From the NCBI RefSeq assembly GCF_009914755.1, contig NC_060931.1: 64,000 nucleotides of DNA. One strand, written 5' to 3'. This DNA is from the human T2T-CHM13v2.0 reference genome, Homo sapiens. Made by a program: the position numbers and the translations under genes. Below, piece after piece: positions 28,932-45,511 of the stretch (position 1 is its first letter; the number at the start of each line of letters is the position of its first letter). The notes beneath the pieces are model-generated. The model saw only the letters and a program-made list of their open reading frames with translations, was not told where the DNA came from and searched no databases.

Positions 28932-29520
28932 TGTTATAGTGGATAGTGGCTCATTACTTTCTAGTATCCGTTTCCCCTTTCTAAGAACCTGATTTTAGTC
29001 TGTATATTTAAACCATCTCCACATAGCTCAGCACCCCATCCTCAGCTCTTGGGTGGGTATAGTATCCAGAATTTGCTGGCCAGTGATTGCTTTTAGAAAC
29101 CAAGACTAAAATAAATGGTCTGAATGATTCACTTTGCATCTGCAATTTGTTTAGTAATGAGTATCCAACCCAATTTATTCCAGTTATGTTTGGGGAGGGC
29201 TGAGTTTTCCAGAGAACTTCTGGGAAAAAAAAAAAAAAGCTCCCTGTTTTTAAAGACAGAAATTAGTAGGCCTCTTTCCCTGGACATTAGTGATAGACCT
29301 GGAGATTGTGTAGTTATCTCATCACCAGGTTGAGGGTAAAGCAGCTTGTGAAGGAAGGCTAAACTAAAGAGAATCTAAGTGAAAAGAAGCTAGAGTCATG
29401 TTTGAATGACATCTTGATTGAGCATCGCCTACTTTCAAGATTTCTTCTTTTAAATAAGTCATTAAGACAAAAAAATTGGTTTATCTATTACTTGCTATCA
29501 AAAGCATCCTCATACTAATG
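28932..29520 (+). mobile_element. Old MLT1 (K-like) LTR
   Basis: agaacctgattttag, ctggccagtgattg, terminal ctattacttgc..aaaagcatcct. Confidence 0.55.
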
Positions 29521-29599
29521 CTTAAACAGCCGTTTTTCACAATTCCATGACATATAAAATGGCTTCTCTTTTTCTTTATCTAACACATTTCTTTTTACT

Positions 29600-30720
29600 T
29601 TATTTTCAGATTAGTTTATATTTACAGAAGATTTGCAGAAACAGTACAGAGTTTACATATATCTTTCCTCTGGCTTTCCCTAACATTAAAATTTGACTAT
29701 GATACACATATCAAAACTAGGAAATTAATACTGCCATAATGTTATTAACTAAACTACAGGCTTTATTCAGATTTCACTGATTTTTCCACTAATGTCCTTT
29801 TATTTTCTCAGGATCCAATTCAGCATCCCAGATTGCATTTAGTTGTCATATCTTCTTAGTCTCTTCTATTCTGCAGTATATATTCATCCTTTCCATGCCT
29901 TTCATGATCTTGATACTTATAAAGTACAAGTCAGTTATTTTGTACAATGTTACTCAGTTTGGGTTTCTCTGGTGTTTTCTCATAATTAGATTGATGTAGT
30001 GCATTATTGGGAAGGATACCACAGAGAGGAATCACATCTCGGTACATCACGGTAGGAAGTTTATGATTTGATAAGTTACCCAGATCACTTGGTTAAGGTG
30101 GTGTCTGCCAGGTTTCTCCACTGAAAAGGTTTTTTTCTTTGTAATTAATATATTTTAGGGAGAAATAATTTATGACTATGAAAATATTCCATTTATCTTT
30201 AAACTTTTGCCCACTAATTTTAGCACCCTTCCTTGTGTCTTGCCTGCAGCAGTTAGTACTGTGACATTCTAATGAGGATTTCTTATTTTCCTCATTTCTT
30301 CTACATTTTTAATTGTAATTATTCTGTAAGGAAGAGTTGTCTCTTCTCTCATTTACTTCTTTATTCAGTTACTTATTTATATTAGTATGACTCAGATATT
30401 TATATTATTATTTGGGTTATGATCCAGTAATATCATAACTGATTTTATTGCCCAAATTGTTCCAGCTTCAGCCATTGTGAGGTTTTTCAGGTTGGTCCCT
30501 ATGTTCTTTTGACATCCATCTTTTCTTTTCTGTCTTTTTCCTTCTTTTTGAGCACATTAATGCTCTAGATTCATCTTATATTTTTCCTGCTCCAGATCAA
30601 CCATTTCAACCACTTCTCCAAGGAACCCTGGCTTCTTTTAACGGAGAACGATATCCACTGGATATGCTCATTACTAACGTCACTGCTCCTAGGCTCTCAG
30701 TGGCTAAAGAAAGGAGACAT
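29600..30720 (-). mobile_element. L1MC (L1MC4-like) 3' region
   Basis: aactaaactacaggctttattcagatttcac..caggatccaat..attgcatttagttgtcat. Confidence 0.8.
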
Positions 30721-33700
30721 ATGTATGTATAGTAACACATTCATACATATAGTTGTAGTTTAACTATATAATAAATATATAACTGAATACAGAATATTTG
30801 CTTTTATAGCTAGTTCTGTGTGTACAGACATATACATATATGAAAAATTCATAAAAATAATCTAGGAATCCTGGCTCTCCACCCTACTTCCTCCACCTGC
30901 TTTTCCAATACCTTAGCAGATGTTGCTTACCAGTCTCTCCGTACCCAGTTCCCCATTCTTATTCATCATTCTACTAGACATAGGATCTCTTTTTATTGAA
31001 GCCCCAATCTCTTTTCTTGCTCTCCCTGTGATCTCTGATCTCATGATGGCATCTTAGACCTTCCTATATTTATCTGTGTAAATCTTTTAGCTGCTTATTA
31101 AAGTTGTCATAGGCACAGAAAAGTAATATCGCCAGGGTCAAATAATCTAACCGAAATAACTTCCTAAGGGCAAGGTTTTAGGAAACTCTTCATCCTACAG
31201 TTCCTCTTCCATCAGTCATTTGAGTTGTTCCAATTACAGTATGCCCATTTAACACTCAAATCTATGACTACAGTGTCTCATCAAAACTGTGGATTGACAG
31301 TTAGACCAACGGAACCGGTGACTGCCTAACACTACTAGAAAGAACACTAATACTTAGCTTATAGAACCACCAGTGCTATCTATTTTATGGATATCACCCA
31401 CATATCTATACTCCTGGAAAGGGACATATCCACATAAGTACCTCCTCTGATACCAACAATGTGGTTCAAAAAGTCTATAGCCACAGTGTGCCAGACTAGA
31501 CAAAGACCAAAGACATTTAAAATTATGATTTAAGTCCCACCAAATTCTTGGTCATGAAAGTCTCTGGTTATTGTAGTTCTCAGGCCTTATGTCAAAAAAT
31601 CTTGATACTCTTTTATGATAATTATTTTTGCTAAATGAAATGTGTCTCAGCCAAGAAGGGCCTTAGTGATACTCATTCTGTAATCTTCTGTATCTGTGGA
31701 CTTTCTAGTAAGGCTTCAATCAAATCAATGCTCTGTATTAGCACTCGGTTCTTTATATTCATCCATTTTACTATCTTAACTGTGTCTTTCTCAACACAAG
31801 TTCCTTTATTACCAGCTTTCACTCATTAAGTTGTCCTACTTAGCCTTAGCAAGATTTCTAATTATCTTGCTCATTTTCAGTCAGCAATTGATGCTACATT
31901 TTATTGGACTTATATTCACTTTGTCCAAACATAGATTCAGCGTGTATAAATAATATAGCACAACTATACTTGTCTTGGTTATTGCTATGGTAAACTAATA
32001 TGAATTCATCAAAAATGTTCTATGTAGGCAGTCTGGAGCCAAGTCATTGCAATCTAACATCAAACCCAATTCTAATACTCACAGTACTACCCCTGATGTT
32101 CCTATAGAACTTTTATATTTCATACTCTTGTATAAAGAGAGAATTATCCTATTAGCTAAAATATTATATGTATAGGTATACAAGAATGTATATAAGAGAC
32201 AAGGAGTTTGAAATAATTTAGATTAGAAAAATGATCAGGTTCACTTTGTGGTGCATTTCTGGAAGTTAAAAGGAAGAGAAATATTTCGAAGGCATTGCAA
32301 CTAACTTTGTACTGTTGTAACAAAGCTTCATATCAATATATGAGTTAGGTTTCCAAAGGTTCTCACATAAACTAGATTTATTCTCATCAATATGGAGAGT
32401 TGTGGTAGTTGGCTCCACTGGGCTGAGAATGCTGAAGCAGGGGTAAGCTAGATCTACCTTTAGTGGCAGGCCTTATGGTAGATGGCACAGATGGGCACCA
32501 GGACTGTGCCAAAACCTAAATGCAGTAAGATCTTGGAGCTAGCATTATTCTAGTATTTCTCTGCAGATGTGAAATGTTCATTATATCAAAATGTAATTGT
32601 TTTAGAGATCCTTTAAAAGACTCTAAGAATGCCACCATGATAAATGATGCCATTTTATTCTGTCGGTCAATTTTAGTCAATGAGTTAGTGAGGAAAAGCA
32701 TTGAAATAATTAAATAATATAAAGAATTGAATATAGTGGCTTTTATAAAGTGACCTTGGGTTTTATTCAACTATTCTTTGCTTGCCCATATAGATAACTA
32801 AGTCAGTGTTTATGTCTGAAATATCAATGGTGAGTCGATGCTATTGTACAGGCTAGAGTCCTCCCTTTGGAAGCATGCTGTGTTAATAATGCTAGCGGTT
32901 TGCTGCTGCAAGCATTTGCAGAGAGAGTTGAAACTGGGAGAAGTCCAATCTTGTCTTAAAGGGACCAAACGTTCATAGTCAATTAAGCTTCTCCCCACTA
33001 AGATATTTACCACAAGAAAATCTATTGTGACACCCCTTGGTGTTTCTGAATCATTTGTATATGTCTTTGTCATCACTTATCTCATTACATGCTATACACC
33101 TAAGTGTATATAAATTTACTCTTTAAAACAAAATCTATATGTTATATATCTTTATACCTCTTTGACATAAAATATGTGGCACTCATTAAATGTCAGTTAA
33201 ATAAATGAATAAGCAGTAAATATTGTGGAATTTTTTTATAAACACAGTCACTGGGAAAACTTTCATCGGCAAAACAGTTAAATTTGCCTAAATATTTAAA
33301 CTTATCTTTTGTCATACTTCAGAAAATGCATATCAAATATAAAAATTGTAAGAACTCTCATTTTTAAGGTAAAAAATAAAATTAGATAAAGCTCTATGAT
33401 TTTGAAAGCCTTGGTAAAGTAGTAAGGACACATTTTATTAAATACAGAATGATGTCATTGCAAGTCACTAGTGCTTAATACTTTCCATTTCTAACCTTTT
33501 CTAAAATAGTAAATCTAGAGGAAACATTAAGTTACACAGAACACAATGTCCCTTTCATTAGCTATGGAATTACTTTCTTTTCCCCTTCTAGAGGGGTAAA
33601 GTATTCTGTGGTTAAGCAAAAGTACAAAACTTCCTATGTGAATATAAGACACAGGAGAGAAGTAATTTGATCATTTTAATCTCATGGATGCCAAAATAGT

Positions 33701-34532
33701 TCATTTAGACTGTGAGCTCAAATTCAAGGAACCCGCTTTTGCTCCAAAGTTGACTTGTAGCCATTAAATACTTTCATAGCTGGTTTTTAATAACAGTAAA
33801 ATTAAGTTTATTTTTGTTAACATAAGTATGAATAGTTATACTCAAGATGAATACAATGGAAATGAGTATATATTTTTCCCATTAGATAACTATTACCTAA
33901 CACTTTACATACAAATAACTACATTCAGAAAACCAGTTAATACTATTAAAAATCATTAGAACTACAGAATGGTATGAGCAGAATAAACAAGCCTTTGTTT
34001 AAGAGTATATGTCTATGGTGTTCCAACCATGTTTTACACCCAGCCTTGCATGAGGTCTTGCTAATGTGTTGATGATGGTGTCCGTGTATGTTTGTGTGTC
34101 TGTTTCAAAACAATAAATAGTACAATTATTTTTAAAAGACCGTGTTTGAAATGTTAGAGGCGGAACCCATGTGTACATAAAGAATGGCAAACATTTTTGA
34201 ATGGGCCTTTTCTACACAAAAATACATTTAAAAGTAACAGATTTGTAAAATACTTAATTTTGAGTAATTATCATATTCCCATCAATCATACTACATAAAT
34301 GCATCACAGATCAGTTTGAAAAAATTTATGATATGGCTCCCAATCTACTTTTACTCTCTCATCCTTCCATTAAATAATCCCTACAGACTCGATAACAGAC
34401 TTTTCTATTCTTATTCCATGTATACATTGCTCTGGCAGCTTTGTTCATAAAAATCCTTCCAATTTAATGGCTCCTTTGCTCTCATCTTTGTCAAAATTAG
34501 AACTCTGCTTCAAAGTCCATCTCAAATAATGA

Positions 34533-34916
<384 letters not shown>

Positions 34917-35123
34917 GAAATATTAATTCTTATAAGCACGGCAGAATCTCAAGAAACTTTAAGATGAAACAGAAAAAAATAGTACTTTTTGTCAAACAAA
35001 GTCATCATCACAGATAAATAAAAATAATAAGAAATGGGTGGAACGTGATGTTGTAAAAAGACTAAAATGTAAATCCCAAAGTGCAGTACTAAGTGGCAAT
35101 TACTTAGACTAGACTCTAGAGAG

Positions 35124-35575
35124 TCATGGTACTTGGAATAATGGCATCCTCAAAGATGTCTACACCCCAATCTCAGAAACTTATGAATATGTTATGGCAA
35201 AAGAGACCTTAAAGACTTGATTAAATGAAGAATTTTGAGATGGGGAGTTTATTCTGCATTATCTGGGTGAAACCAATGCAATCACAAGAGTTGTTTTAAG
35301 AGAGGAGCAGGAGAATGCGAGGGAGGGAAAGAGATGTGATGACGAAAGCAGAGGTCAGAATGGTGCAAGGAAGGGGCCCCAGGCCAGGGAAAGCAAGTGG
35401 CCTCTAGAGGAAAGGAAATGGATTATCCCTAGATCTTCTAGAAGGGACACAGACCTAACAACCCACTTAAGGCTTCTAACCTCCAGAACCATCAGATAAA
35501 TTTATGTTTAAAGAGACTATGTTTATGGCAACTTGTTACTTGATCATTTCCTACCAGCAGTAGGAAACTAATACA
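35124..35575 (+). mobile_element. MLT1D-like LTR
   Basis: aataatggc..caaagatgtc, ttttgagatggggag..attatctgggtg, terminal taggaaactaataca. Confidence 0.85.
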
Positions 35576-36723
35576 AGAGTCAACAGACTTCAGTGAGAGC
35601 TACTTGGGTAGCAGTCAATGAAAACCACTCAGACAAAAATCTACATTTTAAATCACATTTTGCCATTTATTTGCTGGGTGAACTTGGGCAAATTACTTAC
35701 TCTTTTTTTTTTTATCATTCTTACACTGGAGAATGCACACAAGTTTTCTTTCTCTGAGCACTCTTCCTCCGTATGTGTTCTAAGTGAATCTGATATATAA
35801 GCTAATTTTTTTGGCTCAGTTTTGCATATCTGACCCAAGCTCTTATAGTCATATATTCTTTCCTGAAATTTTAGAATGGGGCTTGAGAGATAGCAATTAA
35901 TGTTGGTTAGCCTCCTGAAGCTGTAAAGTGACTACCTTTCTCTCGTCATGTGTACAAAGAAATAGAGAAAATCAAGCTACAGATATAGAGAGAAAAGCAA
36001 AGGTAAGAGACTGAGGGAGTCTCCTTCCTGAGATCTTAATGTACTGTCAGGTCCTGATGCTTCTGCCTTCTTGAGGCCCAGTTACGTTGAATATCTCTGG
36101 TTCGTGAAACATCCCCTTATCTAATAATAAATTTGTCCTGTATGTTTAATCTAGCAGAAGTTACTTTCTTTCACTTATAAATGATTTGACATAAAACATA
36201 CCCTGATGGGGAGATGTAAAGACAAATAATGATGTAATCAATGTGAGCATATTCCTGGGCATATACTAAGAGTTCAATAAATGGCAGCTGTGCTTATTTG
36301 TATACTCTCATTACTACTAGTACTACTACTTCTGTTACTACTGCCATTACGAGTCACTCTAAGTAGTGGAGACGATTCCTGTATGCTCTGGGTTACCTGG
36401 GGAATGAGATGGGTGAGGATTTTGTCTCCCTAATTCAGTTTCAGGATAGGAGTAATGTAGTTTTTGTTTCCATCCCTGTCTAATCATAGGGAGTCACAAT
36501 AAAGTAGATAACACCAATAAGACAAAGCTAGGAAATGTGAGAAAAACAAGTCATATTCTCTGTCAGTTTGAAAGTGTCACAAATTACAAATCATAATTCA
36601 TCAGCATATGAATGCCACTGCCTTCACAAACTTCTTTTGATACTCTACCTGAAATTTTCACATAAGCATGCCTATCTCCACGGCCCTCCCCTATCCAGAC
36701 AGATATGCCCTCATCTTACCTAG

Positions 36724-37044
<321 letters not shown>

Positions 37045-38692
37045 TAGAAGCACTCTTAAATATTAGTTTCATTTTCTTTTTATGGCTCTCATCACCTTTT
37101 GTTTGTAATGATCCTATACTGTAGTAATACAATTTGCCCATGTGATTCATACTTTAACATGTATTGTTATTATTTTACATCATAATTGTCTTAATAGATA
37201 AAATTACACTTGACTCATTTGAATATTATAGATAGCATATAGTAAGTGTGCAATAAATATTTGTTAAATTGAATTGAGATTAAAACTTAACCTATCAGAA
37301 ATGTGTAATTTTTATTGCTTTATGCGTAGGTCCAAGAAAAAGAAGCTATATTGTATAAGGTTTCTTCGATAAGACTCCAACCCAATATTGTATTTCTTTA
37401 TGATATACCACTAACCCAGTGGTCCAAGTCTTCTACTCCTGGGAGTAATAAAGCATTTAGAAAGGTACTGTGAATGTGTACATCAATAGCTCTCACCCAA
37501 ATACCACCCAAGAAAACCCTGAAGTTCATGTAAATAAACATGAACATAATCTAATGAGTATTAGATTGTTTTCAGTTCTTTCTGGCCATATTAGGGAGGT
37601 GAAACACAAGACATAAAAGAGAGTAAAAAAGCCTGAAACTTTGTGACAGGTCCTTTTTGAAAAAATTTATGCTATGAATAGGAATATCTGTAAATTAATA
37701 CCAGGTAGAAGGGATGAGAGGAGGAAGCTTTGTATTCTTATGATTAACAAAGCTAATACTACTTAAATAATTCATAACTTTAAATATAGAAAAATGACAT
37801 ATCTTTTCAGAAAAAACTAGATGCTACTGTAAACATTTTATTAAGAAGATGAGAAAGTACTCCATCTGTAGTATTAGTTTCAGTTTAGTTGTTTAGCAAA
37901 TTGATTCTATTAACAGCAGTGAGATAGATATAGTTTTATTTAAAGTGTAAAGAAGAAAGACCAAAAGCTTAAGAACTTTTTCACAGAAGCAAATACATTC
38001 TAACCTTTAAGCCATATTGTTTCATCTACTGTAGAGCTTTGCATTCTTCTAAAATATTGTTTCAAATCTATCTTTGGAGCAGTCTATTGCAACACAACAG
38101 TACTTGTAACAAGTGCTTATACAAGCATTTGCATACTTTTCATTGGACTTGGCTACTCCCCTTACATGCGTGAGTGTTTTTTAAAGGCTATAAGAAGAAA
38201 ATTAGGTGCTAAGAAACTGAATAGAAAATTAAATTTGTATAGAAATTATCCTGCCAAGTTATCTTCTATCAGAAATTTCTTCATGTAGAGAGAATGAAGA
38301 GATTCATATCCCTAATTGCATGGTTCTCTTAATGAACTTGACTATAACCACAGTTTCTGGAAAGCTAAAACTTCTAACAATTGATAAGAAGACTCTTTGT
38401 TTAACAGTTACAATAAAGTACATTAGCAAAGCAAATAGGTTGAAGGAGGACAGAGAAATTTTACTCTCTCCCTTTAAAGTGAAGCAAAATTAGTTTAATA
38501 AGTAAAACGCATATACAGAGAAAGGAAACTTCTTTCTTCAGATGTTTTATTCCATTTACATTCTATGTCTATGCTCTGAATCAAGTTGTCTATAATTTGG
38601 AAAAAGTACTTGAATGTTAAAAGTCTCTGACTAAATTTAGGTAGAAATGACACAGTTTTTTGAATTTGGTTTTAAACTTAAGTGGTTTTCTC

Positions 38693-38900
38693 TATATATA
38701 TATATATGTATATATATCTTGAAATTTTAAAATTAACAATTTTAAAAATGAAAAATTTTGACACATTTATGTGTGTGTACATATATATACATATATATGT
38801 ATATATACATATGTACATACACATACATACAACTGGTATATAACCCAACATATATATATATACACACACACATATATATATGTACACACACATATATATA
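38693..38900. repeat. (TA)n/(CA)n low-complexity tract at the L1 tail
   Basis: Read directly. Confidence 0.85.
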
Positions 38901-40291
<1,391 letters not shown>

Positions 40292-40620
40292 ACATCTCAA
40301 ATATTTTAACATTTTGAAATCCAGAATCCCAATTACCCTTCCGTAAGCAGCAATCATTACATGTTTTGTCAGCATTCAGCATCCTGCTGGTAACTGTACT
40401 TGACGACAAAATTGAAAATTGACTGCTGTCTGGGATGCATTTCAAGCTGCAAAATCTTTGTAAGTCTTGGTTTACAGAAGGAAGAGAACAAAGTAGTTAA
40501 TGGTTCTTTCTGTCATGGTGACCTAGAAAAAGCTATTGAATTGCTGATTCATTGGCCTTAATATTTTAGCAACTTGCCCATTTTTGGCAATCTAATGAGA
40601 TTTTTTTAAAATCAGATTTG

Positions 40621-41053
40621 GGAACCAACCCAAATGTCCAACAATGATAGACTGGATTAAGAAAATGTGGCACATATACACCATGGAATACTATGCAGCC
40701 ATAAAAAATGATGAGTTCATGTCCTTTGTAGGGACATGGATGAAATTGGAAACCATCATTCTCAGTAAACTATCGCAAGAACAAAAAACCAAACACCGCA
40801 TATTCTCACGCATAGGTGGGAATTGAACAATGAGATCACATGGACACAGGAAGGGGAATATCACACTCTGGGGACTGTGGTGGGGTCAGGGGAGTGGGGA
40901 GGGATAGCATTGGGAGATATACCTAATGCTAGATGACACGTTAGTGGGTGCAGCACACCAGCATGGCACATGTATACATATGTAACTAACCTGCACAATG
41001 TGCACATGTACCCTAAAACTTAAAGTATAATAAAAAAAAAAAATTAAAAAAAA
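40621..41053 (+). mobile_element. Young L1 (L1Hs lineage, ACG/A type), 5'-truncated, ~430 bp
   Basis: ORF2 end MIDWIKKMWHIYTMEYYAAIK; gatgacACGttag at 40938-40940; poly-A; perfect TSD aaaatcagatttg 40608-40620 and 41054-41066 at a TT/AAAA site. Confidence 0.93.
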
Positions 41054-41889
41054 AAAATCAGATTTGAAATTATTGTTTTTAACTAATGTATGTATTTTCT
41101 ACTTGCATATTATATTGTGGCCAATATTAAATTACAAAATGAGATTTGCTAAAGTGAAGCTTCCAAAAAATATCTGATGTTAAAGCTAAAAATACTATCA
41201 TTTCACAATCTTTCTGTTATATGTAGGCTACTTAAAGTATAATGTAGGGAATGACAAATATTCCTATTTTTTAACTGTTAAGTCCACACAAATGCTTCTA
41301 TGTATAATTGTACCAACACTTCCTGTTTGGTGCAACTGGAAATAGTTCCTATTTCAACCATTTGGGTGATGCTGAAGAGCTCCCACTGAGCGAATTTGTG
41401 TGTCCATTTGAAACCCCTAGTGTGAAATGACCTAAAGCTGTACTTACATAACTTTTAAAAAGTACAGATTCAACCAGTCAGTTATTGTGTCCACATGACA
41501 ACAGATAATGTGTTTAAATTATTCTTTTTACAACTTGATTGACTTTCTCTTTTTGAATATATGAAAATCACTGGAGGTTTAGGGGTCGTGTTATCAGCCT
41601 AACTAAAATTCTTCTCCACTCACTCACTGAGCATGTTCTTTACTCTTGTAATTTCATTGCCATACTGTCTTGTAGAGGCTTTGCTTTGCCTATGTTAATC
41701 ATAAGGGGAGAAGGCTGCCAATATTGATTAAGTTAGCCAGAGTATGGCAGTGCTTCATCCTCATTTTTACCTATGTAGAGAAAACTTAATATTTTTAATA
41801 TTTATAAGATTCTATACAAATATAAACTGGGTCATTGGCTTATTCTTGATTTATTCACTTGAAAAATGCTATAAAATAAAAATTTGGAA

Positions 41890-42590
41890 TACTATAAGTA
41901 TGATCAAGCTAAAGGATCAATAGGAGCTTCCCCAAAGAAGAAGTAAATGTGGAGCTGAAGTGTAAAGGATGAGTAAGGTTTAGAAGAGAAGGAAGGAAGA
42001 CAAAAGAATGAATGCATAAAGTCATATATAAAGGCAGAGAGCCTTTTTCTAGGAAAGGCTGGTGAACTGGAGGAAACAGTGGGAGGAGGAGCCTTGGAGA
42101 CCCATTCAGGATTTTTATTCTGAGAGGAATTAGAAACTATTGAGGAGTTTTAATTAGAGGTGTGGTATAACCAGATTGGAATTTTTTAAAGATTATTTTA
42201 GCTGGTTGGGTGTGGTGGCTCCCACCTATAATCCTAGCACTTTGGGAAGCCAAGGCGGGCAGATCACCAGGTCAGGAGTTTGAGACCTGGCCAACATGGT
42301 GAAACCGCGTCTCTACTAAAGATGCAAAAAATTAGCTGGGCATGGTGACATGCACCTGTCAATCCTAGACACTCGGGAGGCTGAGGCAGGAGAAGTACTT
42401 GAACCCAGGAGGCAGAGGTTACAGTAAGCCAAGATCATGCCATTGCACTTCAGCCTGGGTGACAGGGCAAGACTCAGTCTCAAAAAAAAGAAAAAAAAAG
42501 ATTATTTTAGCTTCATTCAACAGAATGAAAAGAAAGGGAGCAAGAGTGGATACTCAGAGAATAGATAAGAGATTATTGCATTTGTCCAGT
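41890..42590 (-). mobile_element. L2 fragment interrupted by an Alu
   Basis: gagctgaag..aaggatgagtaag, aaactattgaggagttttaa, gagattattgca..gtccag. Confidence 0.6.
42204..42496 (+). mobile_element. AluS (Sg-like)
   Basis: Perfect TSD aaagattattttagct 42188-42203 and 42497-42512. Confidence 0.94.
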
Positions 42591-44853
42591 TGTCTCTTTT
42601 GTAGGTTTCTCCTATTACTGTATTATTTTTTAATACAAAATAATAGAGCCTTAATAGGAATTTTTTAAAGGAAAAATTTATTCATAATCCTACTACTCTT
42701 TCAGAACTACTTTTCTTTTTTTCATGATTTTTTAAAGTTTTTGTCCAGAGCATGCACATTTTATATCATTGAATTTATAGTACATATATAATTCTGAGCT
42801 TTACATTTTTCATACTTTTAGTATGGTGAGCTTTCAGTTCATCATAAACAACCCCTCTCTTGTTCTCACTGTATATTACATTCCATCAAGATGATAAGTC
42901 AAAATTGTTATAACTAGGCTTCTTTGTGGGTCTAGAAGCACTATAATTTGAATTCCATAAATATTCATGGATTGTCTTTTGGGGATCCATGAATTGTTTG
43001 AATTCGTATGCAAGATTTTTAGTGTATGTAAGTTTTGTATTTTTCTGGAAAATTCATTAGATTTTCAACTGGTATATAACCCAACATGGTTATGGGCATA
43101 TTAAAACACTCGAAGTTGGTAAAATCCCAAGTCTCATTGTTTGAGAGATGTGAGAAAAAAAGTAGACTGTGGTATAACTTGCAGCATAGAATTTCATTCA
43201 TTTGAAAGATTCAAGGGAGTCCTGCCAAGAAGTAAAAGTAAAGCCATCTGACAAATCTCTACGTAACAAGAAATTGTAGAGAAACTTCTGAGAAATTACT
43301 AAGTATTGAGAAAGATAATTTAAACAGTGTTATATAAAGTGTATTTCCTACACATACATTTCACATCTCTTAAAAACATTTTAAATAATGTTTTAACCTC
43401 TACTGTATATTTTATCATATAGCATAACCATGAAGTTCAAAAAATACTCAATAGTACAAAAAAAGGTTATGTTGAAACAGTGTATGTCAGTCCCCTACTT
43501 CATAAAATGATGATATTTAAATAGAAAAACTCTACTTAACAACAACAAAGGTTTACATTTACTAGAAAAAAATTATGATACGGATCAGGCACACTGTCTA
43601 CTTTAAACACATGTTTAAAAGTACATGTATGTACTTTCTCAAACTTTTGCTTAGAATCTATGTTTTCAGAGACAAAGTGATTGAGTTGGCTAGCATCTAA
43701 ATTTTGTGAATATTTTAGGTACATTTCTGCTTAACTTATTTTAATATTGTATTGAGATAGGCTCTTCCAAATATAAATAAATATTTTAGGCCTTAGGAAA
43801 TTATCAATATTGTACTTTGTGTAGCTAACAAAATTATGCTACCCTATTAATCAATACCACTCTCATTCAAACAACCATCATCTCCTACCTAAACTATATA
43901 TTGTGATCAACGGTGATTAATTTAACAATAAAACAACAGATTTTTACTTACCAAATCAACTATATCTCATATAAATTAAAACTTGGTTTATTTAAAACTC
44001 ATTAAAAACAATCTTGCATAAAACTTGTTTATCACTTTCTTATCTGAAACAAATATCCTAAGTTAACTAAACAAATTATTTTTCAAAATCATAGTTAAAT
44101 TATGTACTGAATGCTTACTTTATTTTCTAATGTATTTTAAACCTTACATTTATAAAATTAAATATTGTATATTGAATAATTATGGACAATAGGATTTCTA
44201 AAAAGCCAAAGAGACTCCCCTCTATTTGGAAAGGAAATTAAACGAAATACAGTACAATGAACTGCAAAATAAAATCAAAATATTTCTGGAAAATATTATC
44301 TATCAATTTAAAGATAAACTACAAAGAAATTGTGAAAACAATGTTTTAAATACCTGAGACAAATAAAGCACAAGACTTTATTAAGAATATAAGAATGTAT
44401 TACAGATTGGCAGACTGGATTTTAGTCTGAAGTTCCTAGAATGAAAAAGATGTAGAAAGCTCACTCTACCAATCTATCCTGTCTTTCTAGTTTTCTAATT
44501 TTCACCCTCTGTAGGCATAATTTCTGATATAATGAATATACAGCACTTGATGAATATACTTTGAATGTGTGTGCATACTGAGTAAATCTAGAGCCATTCC
44601 TCTTATTTTCTATTTTATTTTCTGGACTACTTAGAATACAGAGTATATGTTCAGAAAAAAGAATTATTTAATTTAATTCATATAGTTATTAAAATTTAAA
44701 CTTAATTGTCCCTTGAATTTTTTAATCTTATAGATATTATAAATGTTACAACTATGAATGGTCTACTACATTAATCTAAATGCTGCTCTGCAATTTTACA
44801 TTTTCCTAGCCCATTCTAGAAAATATGATACTTTCCTTGAATTTTAAATACCT

Positions 44854-45201
44854 TGTTAGGGGCTAATGTATGTCCCTCTTAATATTAATATAAAACCCAT
44901 ATGTTGAAGTCCTAAAGCCCAATACCTCAGAATGTGACTATATTTGGAGATAGAGACTTTAAAGAAGTGATTAAGCTAAAATGAGATGGGGAGGGACACA
45001 GACAGGGAAGACCACATGAAGAATGAAATCACAGGGAGAAGGTCATCCACAAGCAAAGGTGAGAAGCTTCAGAAGACACTAACCCTGCTGGTAACTAGAT
45101 CTCAGGCTTACAGCCTCCAAAATTGTGAGAAAATCAAATTCAGTTGTTTCAATCAACCCCTCTGTGGTACTTGGTTATGGCAGACCTAGCAAACTGATAA
45201 A
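44854..45201 (+). mobile_element. MLT1B-like LTR
   Basis: catatgttgaagtcctaa..acctcagaatgtgactatatttggagatag; terminal ttatggcagacctagcaaactgata. Confidence 0.85.
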
Positions 45202-45289
45202 CACCTTCTCTCTTCCTCCACTCCTTCAGTGGAGAAACTTGCTTTATATTTAAGAGAAATTCCGAGTTCCCCCACCACCATCAAATCTA

Positions 45290-45358
45290 TTAGGTTGGGG
45301 CAAAAGTAATTGCGGATTTGCCATTGCTTTCAATGGCAAATTTTAGGCAAATTCCTAA
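45290..45358. mobile_element. MADE1 (Hsmar1-derived MITE), right arm damaged
   Basis: ttaggttggggcaaaagtaattgcgg.tttgccattgctttcaatggcaaa. Confidence 0.85.
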
Positions 45359-45511
45359 CTACCTGTGTCAGCTACCTCCACCCTGCTGTCTCTCTGCATC
45401 TCTATGGCAGCCCAGCCACTGCTCTGCTTTAAGAAATCCCGTCTCTTACCTACTCAAGGAAATCAGCTCCCCTTTTGCATCATCAAATTTTTCCGTACCC
45501 CAGATCACTCC

